Assembly (NCBI GenBank): GCA_965223155.1
Contig: CBDCVR010000015.1
Coordinates: 1,184,001 to 1,248,000, forward strand
Direction of reading: 5' to 3'
DNA from: Candidatus Multivoradales bacterium
GTDB lineage: Bacteria > Acidobacteriota > Thermoanaerobaculia > Multivoradales > JAHEKO01
DNA length: 64,000 nt
The stretch's first letter is position 1. Each line of letters starts with the position of its first letter. Made by a program: the position numbers and the translations under genes. Positions 56,414-64,000 of the stretch are shown here, one piece after another. The notes beneath the pieces were generated by a model. That model made no database searches and was not told where the DNA came from. It saw nothing but the letters and a program-made list of their open reading frames with translations.

Positions 56414-57835
56414 CTAGGTTGACACCGTCAGCGCCTTCTGGACGAAGCGCCGCCAGTGGCGTCGGACTCGGCGTGCTTCGGCGCCGCTCCAGGCCGGAGG
56501 CACGCGCGCCTGGACCGCGCCACCCTGATCGAGCGCGCGGCTCCGACCCTCGAAACCGGCCTGCGCCAGCCTGGCGATCCCGACGAGACCGGTTTCCTCG
56601 AGCTCGGAAACCGCGACCGGCACCTGACAAGCGGACGCGATGGCCTGGATGAGGCCACGAAGGCGGGTGAGCTTGCCGCTTACGCGGAGCGACCCGACGC
56701 TGGCGCCGGCGCTCTCGAGCGTCTCGACGCAGTCGGCGACTCGCATCGCCAAGGCTCGCAAGGTGGCCGCGATGAGCTCGTCGGCACCGGTACCGGAGTC
56801 GATGCCGGCGAAGACGGCGCGAGCTTCGGGTCGCCAGTACGGAGTTGCCAGGCCGGCGAACGCGGGCAACAGGATCGGATGCGGGCTGGCCGCCGGGCCC
56901 GGTTCGCCCAGGGACCGGTCTCGCCAGTCCTGGATCCTCCGTCCGGTGAGATCGAAGATCCAATCGACCGCGGCTCCAGCCGCGTTGATCGAGGCCTCGA
57001 CCTGATAGCGGCGGGCGCGGCGGGTGGTGGCGATGGCGGCGGACAGCACCCGCCGATCGAAGCGCGGACGCGGTCCGACCGAGGCGAGGGCGAAGGCGCC
57101 GGTGCCGAAGTGGACGGCGGTTACGCCCGGCCGCCAGCCGCCGTGGCCCAGAAGCGCCGCCTGCTGATCCCCGGCCAGAGCCGTGAGCGGCACGCCCCGG
57201 TAGGAGCCGCGGCGGCCCGCGCTTGGCCGGATCGCCGGCAGGGCCTCCGGGGGAATTCCGAATAGGGCGCAGAGCTTCGGGTCCCAAGTGTTGGTCTCGA
57301 GATTGAGACACAAAGTCCGGCCGGCCTGGCCGGGTTCGGTGGACGCCGAGCCGGTGAGCCGCTGGACCAGGAAGGCGTCCAGGGTTCCCGCCAGCGTCTG
57401 GGCCGGCCGGGCACGCTCGCGGCGCCACAGCTCGGCCAGCTTGAGCGCCGCGTAGTGCGGGCTCAAGGGCAGTCCGGTTCGGCGCTTGACCCAGGCCGCG
57501 CGCGAGCTCAGGCGCTCGGCCGCCCGCGCCCGGCTCCGGTCCTGCCACGAGCGCGCCTCGGTCATCGCCTGGCCGCCGGCGCGATCCCAGAGGAGGCAAG
57601 TCGAGCGCTGGCAGGCGAGACCGATGGCGCGGGGCCGGGCGCGGCGGAAGATTCGGTCGAGGACCGAGATGACGCTCGCCGCGATCTCGTCAGGGTCGTG
57701 CCAGACTGAATCGCCGTCGGCAGCGCGCTCGATGGCGCGGGAGGTCCGGTAGACGATCTCGCCTCCCGCGGTGATGAGAGCGGCCTTGGTCGAGGTCGAG
57801 CCCTGATCGACGGCGGCGTAGAGCGCCTCAGGCAC
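56414..57835 (-). CDS. FGGY-family carbohydrate kinase (glycerol kinase-like)
   Basis: VDQGSTSTKA, CQRST..WD, WQD.R, GDQQAAL.G, FGTGAF, PAFAGLATPYW. Confidence 0.82.
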   Translation of the reverse strand: MPEALYAAVDQGSTSTKAALITAGGEIVYRTSRAIERAADGDSVWHDPDEIAASVISVLDRIFRRARPRAIGLACQRSTCLLWDRAGGQAMTEARSWQDRSRARAAERLSSRAAWVKRRTGLPLSPHYAALKLAELWRRERARPAQTLAGTLDAFLVQRLTGSASTEPGQAGRTLCLNLETNTWDPKLCALFGIPPEALPAIRPSAGRRGSYRGVPLTALAGDQQAALLGHGGWRPGVTAVHFGTGAFALASVGPRPRFDRRVLSAAIATTRRARRYQVEASINAAGAAVDWIFDLTGRRIQDWRDRSLGEPGPAASPHPILLPAFAGLATPYWRPEARAVFAGIDSGTGADELIAATLRALAMRVADCVETLESAGASVGSLRVSGKLTRLRGLIQAIASACQVPVAVSELEETGLVGIARLAQAGFEGRSRALDQGGAVQARVPPAWSGAEARRVRRHWRRFVQKALTVST

Positions 57836-58592
57836 GCGCGCCCTCGAGCTTCGGGCCGTCCGCCGGAGAGCGGGCGGCGACCAAGCGGGAAGGGACGTCG
57901 GTAAAGATTCCGGCAAGACCGTTCTTCTCGAGCTCGGCTGCCTCCGAGGGATCGTTCACGGTATAGGCGAGGACGCGATCGATGCCGGCGGCACGGGCCG
58001 CGCCGACCAGGCGCCGGCCCGCCAGGCGACGATGACAGTGCAGGCTGTAGGCGCCGAGCTCCCGGCCGGCGCGGACCAGCGGCGCGCGCTGGTAGCGACC
58101 GATGGGAGCCAGCGGCAGGGCGGAACCGCGCTCGCGCAGGGTCTGGAGCAGCTTCCAGTCGAAGCTCGAGACCAGGATGCCGGCATGGCCGCCGAGCTCG
58201 CCGGCGACCCGTTCGGCCAGCAAGCGCCGGTCCGCGATCCGCCGCTTGATCTCGAGATTGAGCGGCAAGGAGGCCGGACGCTCCGCCAGGACTTGGGCCA
58301 GCGAAGGGACGCGCGCGCCGGCGCCGGCTTCAGGTCGGCGCAGCTCGACATCAGTGACGAAGCGCCAGGATCGCTCCTCGATCGCTTCCGGGACGCCGGC
58401 CAGGCGCTCGAAGCTCCAGTCGTGAAAGCAGACGAGCTTGCCGTCGCGGGTCATCTGAACGTCCAGCTCGAGCATGTCGGCGCCCGCGGCCGCGCCCCGT
58501 TCCATCGCCGTCAGGGTGTTCTCGAGAACTTCGCCCGCGGCGCCCCGGTGTCCGACGATCCAGAAGTCCTTGGACAGGCCGAGCGCGTTCAT
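57828..58592 (-). CDS. Glycerophosphodiester phosphodiesterase
   Basis: GHRGA..ENT, ELDVQMTRDG..FHD, NLEIK, SSF, YTVND, GIFTD; real start ATG 58592 inside ORF 57828..59930. Confidence 0.88.
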   Translation of the reverse strand: MNALGLSKDFWIVGHRGAAGEVLENTLTAMERGAAAGADMLELDVQMTRDGKLVCFHDWSFERLAGVPEAIEERSWRFVTDVELRRPEAGAGARVPSLAQVLAERPASLPLNLEIKRRIADRRLLAERVAGELGGHAGILVSSFDWKLLQTLRERGSALPLAPIGRYQRAPLVRAGRELGAYSLHCHRRLAGRRLVGAARAAGIDRVLAYTVNDPSEAAELEKNGLAGIFTDVPSRLVAARSPADGPKLEGARA

Positions 58593-58718
58593 GGCGCCAG
58601 TCTGCCCGATCGGGCACCGTGGGACAAACCAGGCCGAGCCCTGGGGCGGCGGGTCGCGATGCCGACGCCGCCGATTGCGCGAGGCTACGGCGCCCAATAC
58701 GATCGGCGGGAGCTCGAC

Positions 58719-60533
58719 ATGACCAGCGAATCGGACAGGGTCGCAAGCGGCCCGCCTGTCGCGCCTGGTAGCCGCGCCGAAGGCTTCTGGCTGCTGGGGG
58801 CCGGCGCCCTCGCGCTTGGGGTAGCGTGGTTGTGGCGCTTCGGCGAGTCCACGCTCGACCCGGACGGCTCGGGCCTGATGTGGCTGGTCCTGGCAGGGGG
58901 CGTTGTCGCCGCCTGTTTCGGATCCCGGTCGGGCCGGGGACTGGGCTTGGGCGCCGGGGCCGTGCCGCTCATGCTTCATGGCTGGGGCGCCCGGGGCGCC
59001 GCGCTCGCTGCCGTGGTGCTGCTCGCTGTCGCCTACCAGGCTGCTCGGTACCGGAGGCGGAGCCGGGGCCGGCCGGCCCCGTCCCCGCCGGAGGCCCGGC
59101 CGGTCGAAGGATGGTCGTTCGAAGGAGGGTCCATCGAAGAATGGGCGGGGATCGTCGGTTCCCGGCTGCTCGCGGTCGCGGGAGCCGGGGCGGTGTGGCG
59201 GCAGGTGGCGCTCGCTACCGGCGCCGTTGGCTCCGGAACCGGGGCGACGGCGGCGAAGCTGGTCTTTGCCGCCGGTCTGGCGGCGGGCCTCGTCTACCTG
59301 GCCGTGGTTGCGGGTGCCGAGACGCTGCGCTGGGCCACGGCCGGGGCCCAGCGCGGCAGCCTCGGGCTGAGCGACGGACTCTACGAGCTTGCGGCCTGGT
59401 CGGTCGGCGTCCTGGCGGTCGCCGCCTTTGATCTTCTTGGCCGGGGAGCGGGACTCTTCTTGGTGGGCGTCTTGGCCGCGGCCGCGCTGGATCTCGCGCG
59501 TCTGGATCTGGCGCGGGCGCGGGCGAACGAATCGGCGCGTCGCATGCGGGAAGTGCATCTCGCCGGGCACCGGATCATCTTCGGTGAGACCCATCCGCTG
59601 GCGGTAGCTCGCCTGGTGTACGCGGAGTGCCGCCGCATCGTTCCGTTCTCTTGGTTCCAACTGATCTTGCCGCACCCGGATGGGAGCACGTCGAGCTGGT
59701 TTGCCGCTCCCGACGGCGTCGTCGCCGAAGGCGAGCCGCAGCCGCCGCCCGCGCCGCCCGCGCTGCCGGGAATTCACCGGAGCGTCCGTTGGGAAGTGCT
59801 CGAGCGCGATCTGAGCGTTCCCGAGCGAAAGCTCGGAGCGCTCCGGCTCTGGTGCGACCCGCGCCGGCTGGAGACCGATACCGTGGGCTGGCTCGACACC
59901 CTCCTGCCCGAGATCGTCTCCGCGGTCCATGGCGCGCTACTCGACCGCGAGGCACGAGAGGATGCCCTGACCGGACTCCCGGATCGGCGTCAGCTAGAGG
60001 ATCGCTTGCTCAGCGCGCACCGCCGATCGGTCGAGACCGGGACCTCGATGGCGGTCATCATGCTCGACCTCGACCACTTCAAGAAGGTCAACGACCGCTA
60101 TGGCCATGCGACCGGCGATGAGGCTCTCAAAGCCGTCGCCAGCGTCCTGGAGGCTCACCGGCGCGAGCCGGACACCTGTTGCCGCTACGGCGGCGAGGAG
60201 TTCGCCGTGGTACTGGCCGAGACCGACGGCGCGGTCGCGCTCCAGGTTGCCGAGCGCCTGCGCCACGCGGTCGAGGAGCTCGAGTTCGCGCCGCACGGCC
60301 GGTCCATTCCACTGAGGATCTCGGCCGGGGTGGCTGCCTACCCCGAGCTTCACGTCGAGGATCCGAGCGAGCTGGTGGAGCTCGCCGACGAGGCCATGTA
60401 CCGGGCCAAGACCCTGGGCCGGAATCTCTGCCTGCTGGCCGAGGGCCGTGGCGGGTTCCGGGCGCCGGATGGCCGCCGGCACCAGACCGAGGACGACCCC
60501 GCGGAGCCTGAGATCCCGACCCTCTTCGCCTGA
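58719..60533 (+). CDS. Membrane-bound diguanylate cyclase (TM region, GAF-like domain, GGDEF domain)
   Basis: DALTGL, DLDHFKKVNDRYGHATGD, I-site REPD five residues before GGEEF, ADEAMYRAKTLGRN. Confidence 0.88.
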   Translation: MTSESDRVASGPPVAPGSRAEGFWLLGAGALALGVAWLWRFGESTLDPDGSGLMWLVLAGGVVAACFGSRSGRGLGLGAGAVPLMLHGWGARGAALAAVVLLAVAYQAARYRRRSRGRPAPSPPEARPVEGWSFEGGSIEEWAGIVGSRLLAVAGAGAVWRQVALATGAVGSGTGATAAKLVFAAGLAAGLVYLAVVAGAETLRWATAGAQRGSLGLSDGLYELAAWSVGVLAVAAFDLLGRGAGLFLVGVLAAAALDLARLDLARARANESARRMREVHLAGHRIIFGETHPLAVARLVYAECRRIVPFSWFQLILPHPDGSTSSWFAAPDGVVAEGEPQPPPAPPALPGIHRSVRWEVLERDLSVPERKLGALRLWCDPRRLETDTVGWLDTLLPEIVSAVHGALLDREAREDALTGLPDRRQLEDRLLSAHRRSVETGTSMAVIMLDLDHFKKVNDRYGHATGDEALKAVASVLEAHRREPDTCCRYGGEEFAVVLAETDGAVALQVAERLRHAVEELEFAPHGRSIPLRISAGVAAYPELHVEDPSELVELADEAMYRAKTLGRNLCLLAEGRGGFRAPDGRRHQTEDDPAEPEIPTLFA

Positions 60534-60567
60534 CAAGAGCGGGCGAGCTTGTCCTTCGCAGGGCAGG

Positions 60568-61587
60568 CTACGGCAAGGGGCTGAGCGGGAAGAGCTCGGG
60601 AGCTAGATCGCTCGGCTTGGGCACCAGCTCGAACGTGCCCAGCGAGTCAAGCGGGCTGTTGCGGCGAGAAAGCTCGTCCCACTCTCCACGATTGGTCTCG
60701 ACCGAGGACCGAAGCCAGCGTTCCGCCGCCGGCTTGGCGAGATCCGCGAGAAGGTCGAAGGGCACGAAGTAGACGTCTTCGGCTGCGGCGATCGCCCCAT
60801 TCGAGACGCCCAAGCGGGCAAGCTCCGAGATCGGTCGGTCGGCCCGGTCCAGAAGGTCGCGGTAGAGCTCGCGAAACGAGCCGCGCAGGCCATCGGTCGA
60901 GGATGGCGCACCCGTCTCTCGAGCCCTGTCGGGAACGCCCGCCTGCCACGAGGGGATGGCGGGGTCGGGAAGGCCCAGGCTTGTGAGCCGGGCGCTCCGG
61001 CCCCGGAGCCAGGCTGCCGCTTGCGGTCCGCGAAGACGGGGTACCGTGTTTCCCGCGTTTCGCGCCCGTCGCCGGGCTAGGCTCGACAGGATCTCGGCGA
61101 GGAGCGCGTCGCCCAGCCCACGGACGTTTTGCGAGAGCAGGGCTCGGAGCTGGGCGAGCGCGGCCGGGCCGGCTGTAGCCGGCGGCGCTCCGGAGCCGGG
61201 CCGGGCCGCGGCGCGGCGGTGGCGAGGCAAGACCCGTAGGCGCAGACGATGGAAGGCAGCCCGGCCCCGAAGCCTTCCTCTATGCCCTGCTCCGGCGCCT
61301 CCTGGATCGACCGCCGCGGCCAGAACCGCGCGGCCGGCGGGGCTCGCAGAGAGAAGCCGGCCGAGCTCGGGAGCTTCCAGATAGGGGCGCAGTCCCACGA
61401 AGCGTACCGGCGGCGCCGGTGGCGGCGGCACGCCCAGCTGGTAGAAGGCATAGCGCAGGGAGACGAAGATCGTACGGCGCAGCAACGTTCCCCCGAGATG
61501 GGTCAGTGGCGGCAGCGCGCCGGGGGCGAGAAGCCGGCGATCGGCTCGGATCTCGGAGACGGAGAAAGAGATGGAGTTGGCTGACAT
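60568..61587 (-). CDS. Hypothetical protein; C-terminus resembles the helical middle region of PEP-utilising/rifampicin-phosphotransferase-like enzymes
   Basis: LARLGVSNGAIAAAEDVYFVPFDLL-type block; no ATP-grasp or phospho-His domain visible. Confidence 0.45.
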   Translation of the reverse strand: MSANSISFSVSEIRADRRLLAPGALPPLTHLGGTLLRRTIFVSLRYAFYQLGVPPPPAPPVRFVGLRPYLEAPELGRLLSASPAGRAVLAAAVDPGGAGAGHRGRLRGRAAFHRLRLRVLPRHRRAAARPGSGAPPATAGPAALAQLRALLSQNVRGLGDALLAEILSSLARRRARNAGNTVPRLRGPQAAAWLRGRSARLTSLGLPDPAIPSWQAGVPDRARETGAPSSTDGLRGSFRELYRDLLDRADRPISELARLGVSNGAIAAAEDVYFVPFDLLADLAKPAAERWLRSSVETNRGEWDELSRRNSPLDSLGTFELVPKPSDLAPELFPLSPLP

Positions 61588-61900
61588 CCAGGGCCTCGGG
61601 GCCTTTTTCGGCCGGTCGGGGTCTCTAGCAGCCCGTGGTAGAAGTCAAGGCGGTAGGGTTGGAGCCGCCGTAGGGTGTGGTCCAAGGCGGCGCGACGCGG
61701 GCGATGTGGTGGCATCGTCGAGGCGCGGCAACGCCGCGGCGCACCCTTCGCCGCCTGCAACCCGCAGGGCGACAAGGGGTTGCGTCGCACCTGCGCCACT
61801 GCTCGCCATCCTCGACGCAGCCGAATCGACTTCTCCTCGCCTTTTTTCGCGCCACCACGGGGCCTTGTCGCGCGACCATCGTGACTTCCGCCACGGGCCG

Positions 61901-63346
61901 CTAGGGCCGCCAGAACGCTCGCGTGAAGAGCGCGGCGATGGCGTAGACCTCGAGCCGGCCCAGCCACATGAGGATCACCATCAGAGCCTTGTCCCAGCCG
62001 CTGAAGAACGCGAAGTTCTGGGTGGGTCCGACCGCCGCCAGACCCGGGCCGATGTTGCCGATGGTCGCGGCCGAGGCGGTGGCGGCGGTCACGATGTCTG
62101 GCCCGCCGATACTCAAGAAGACAGCTCCCAGGGCCCAGGTGCTGAGATAGAGGATGAAAAACCCGGCGACGCTCCGGACCACGACCTCAGGCACCCGCTT
62201 GCCGCCAACGAAGATCGACAGCACGTGATTGGGGCTGAAGATGAGGCGAACCTCACGCAGGGCGGACTTGAGCCCGATGACCATGCGCATGATCTTCATC
62301 GAGCCCGAGGTGGATCCCGCGCAGCCGCCCACGAACATGAGAGCCACCAGCAGGATCCGGGACAGCACCGGCCAGGTGTCGAAGTCAGCGGTGCCGAAAC
62401 CGGTCGTGGTGAGAAGCGAGATCACCTGGAAGAGCGTGTCGATCGAAGCATCGCCCAGGTCGGTGTAGATCTGGTGCCGTGCGAGATCCCAGAAGATGAC
62501 TGCGCTCACGCCCGCGAAGATGCCGATGTAGATCCGGAACTCGGAGTCCTTGAACAGGTTCCAGCCGCGGTTGCGCAGCACCCGATAGTAGAGCGAGAAG
62601 TTGGCTCCGGCCAGGAGCATGAAGACGATGATGATGATGTGGACCACCGGTGAATCGAAAGCCGCGACCGACTGGTTCCGGGGCGAAAAACCGCCGGTCG
62701 AAAGTGTCGAAAACGTGTGGGTCAAGGCGTCGTAGAGATTCATGCCGGCGAGGGTGAGGCAGAACGTCTCGAGCCCGGTCAGGGCCAGATAGATCTTCCA
62801 CAAGATCGCTGCCGTGTCGTGGATCCGCGGCTGCAGGGCCTCGGCCGATGGCCCCGGTACCTCGAGCTTGTAGAGAAACCGTGCGCCCGGCCCCAGCTCG
62901 GGCAAGAGGGCCACGAAGAGGACGATGATGCCCATGCCGCCCAGCCACTGCGAGAAGCTGCGCCAGAAGAGAATGCCCCGGCCGGCATCCTCGATGACGG
63001 TCATCACCGAGGCTCCAGTGGTGGTGAACCCCGAAGCCGACTCGAAGAGGGCGTCGAGCGGACTGGCGAAGGTCTGGGTCAGAAGATAGGGCAGGGCGCC
63101 CAGGAGCGAAGCCAGGATCCAGCCGCCGGCTACGATCAAGATGCCTTCCCGCCGATAGGCGTCGCCGCGCCTGCCGAAGAGGATCATGAGGCCGCCGGTA
63201 GCGGCGGCGATCGCCGCCGAGATCGCGAACGCCCGCACCGCCGGCCACTCGCGGTAGAAGGCCGAACAGGCGAGCGGCAGCAGCTGGGCCAGGCCGACCA
63301 GCACGAGGAGACGGCCGAGAAAGAACGATGCGGCGCGAAAATTCAC
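61901..63346 (-). CDS. trkH: TrkH potassium uptake membrane subunit
   Basis: FESASGFTTTGAS, QWLGGMG, STGGFS, TTTGF, GGCAGSTSG, GNIGPG, MWLGRLE. Confidence 0.93.
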   Translation of the reverse strand: MNFRAASFFLGRLLVLVGLAQLLPLACSAFYREWPAVRAFAISAAIAAATGGLMILFGRRGDAYRREGILIVAGGWILASLLGALPYLLTQTFASPLDALFESASGFTTTGASVMTVIEDAGRGILFWRSFSQWLGGMGIIVLFVALLPELGPGARFLYKLEVPGPSAEALQPRIHDTAAILWKIYLALTGLETFCLTLAGMNLYDALTHTFSTLSTGGFSPRNQSVAAFDSPVVHIIIIVFMLLAGANFSLYYRVLRNRGWNLFKDSEFRIYIGIFAGVSAVIFWDLARHQIYTDLGDASIDTLFQVISLLTTTGFGTADFDTWPVLSRILLVALMFVGGCAGSTSGSMKIMRMVIGLKSALREVRLIFSPNHVLSIFVGGKRVPEVVVRSVAGFFILYLSTWALGAVFLSIGGPDIVTAATASAATIGNIGPGLAAVGPTQNFAFFSGWDKALMVILMWLGRLEVYAIAALFTRAFWRP

Positions 63347-63397
63347 TTTGGGCCGAGCTTCACGGTTCTCGCCGCCGTCCGCGCCGCTGCCGGGCCG

Positions 63398-64000
63398 TCA
63401 TCGCGTCTCCTTGCCGGGGAAGAGGAGACGCACCGTGCTCAGCTCTTCCTCACGCACGAACAGGATGACGACGTCGCCGGCGTCCAGGCGGTCCTTGCCG
63501 CGCGGGATGAAGACGCGATCGCCGCGAACCACTGCACCCACGATCAGGCCGCGCGGAGGATTGATCTCGGCGAGCGAGACGCCTACGGCCGGGCTGGCGT
63601 CGAAGAGCCGCCGTTCCAGTACCTGCACTTCGCCCCGGTGGAGCGAGACGATGTTGGCGCTGTAGCGGCTTTCGATGTAGTCGTGGATCCGCTCGGCGGC
63701 GAGAACTCGGGGCGAGAAGACATCGTCGAGTCCCAGCCGCTCCCAGAGCCTGGAGCTCTCCGCGCGCTGGACGAGGGCCATGACTTGGGGCACGTCCAGC
63801 TCTTGAGCCAGCAGGCAGGCCATCAAGTTGTCCTCGTCCTCGCCGGTCAGCGCGCAGAACGTGTGCGCCTCGCCGATGCGTTCGGCGCGCAGCAGCTGCG
63901 GGTCGGTGACGTTGCCGTGCAGCACCTCGCACTCGGGAAAGAGAACCGAGAGCTCCTGAGCGCGCTCGCGGTCACGCTCGATGAACTTGACCTTGGCGTT
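63398..64000 (-). CDS. trkA: TrkA potassium uptake RCK subunit (5'-truncated at window edge)
   Basis: KVKFIERD, VLHGNVTD..LL, ALTGEDEDNL, C-terminal TrkA-C IVGAVVRGDRVFIPRG; upstream of trkH. Confidence 0.88.
   Translation of the reverse strand, partial: NAKVKFIERDRERAQELSVLFPECEVLHGNVTDPQLLRAERIGEAHTFCALTGEDEDNLMACLLAQELDVPQVMALVQRAESSRLWERLGLDDVFSPRVLAAERIHDYIESRYSANIVSLHRGEVQVLERRLFDASPAVGVSLAEINPPRGLIVGAVVRGDRVFIPRGKDRLDAGDVVILFVREEELSTVRLLFPGKETR

Noticed and set aside
57828-60533. Long overlapping opposite-strand ORFs (700 aa and 833 aa) as bidirectional coding
   Set aside because: High-GC open-frame artefact. The recognisable domains start at 58592 (minus) and 58719 (plus) and do not overlap. 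The same applies to the many Arg/Pro-rich shadow ORFs across the window.
61588-61900. 313-bp gap with an 89-aa Cys/Arg-rich ORF and a GCAACCC-N13-GGGTTGC inverted repeat (61757-61783)
   Set aside because: The ORF has shadow-like composition and no motif. A 7-bp inverted repeat is unremarkable at this GC content, and I recognise no tRNA or ncRNA signature.

Overview
High-GC bacterial chromosomal window with about 48 CDS. I found no rRNA, tRNA, CRISPR array or mobile element. The Oar-type TonB-dependent receptor, PEGA/FGE/TPR proteins and paired M16 proteases suggest a diderm such as an acidobacterium (inference only). Positions 1-27.7 kb hold a large surface-polysaccharide locus made of two convergent operons. 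The + operon builds and decorates the glycan: two sulfotransferases, UDP-sulfoquinovose synthase SqdB, an epimerase, two GT2, three GT4, an FkbM methyltransferase, a GNAT and a Wzy-like protein. The - operon encodes export: Wzc kinase, a ligase-TPR fusion, CpsB phosphatase, a beta-barrel and two OPX/Wza proteins. A coupled three-gene module sits inside that export operon: a PEGA membrane protein, a ~950-aa coiled-coil rod with 38-aa repeats ending in a minimal FGE/C-type-lectin-fold domain, and an OPX protein fused to a second such domain. This module is the best candidate for an undescribed system. The rest is mostly metabolic: hemW, a membrane protein-wHTH-uppS module with a candidate operator, an M16 pair with a TonB-dependent receptor, speB, valS, pfk, a glyoxylate-shunt module (malate synthase, long ICL2-type isocitrate lyase, RamB/ScfR-type regulator with palindromic sites), a glpQ/FGGY kinase pair, a diguanylate cyclase and trkAH. 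All calls come from motif recognition by eye; no searches were run.
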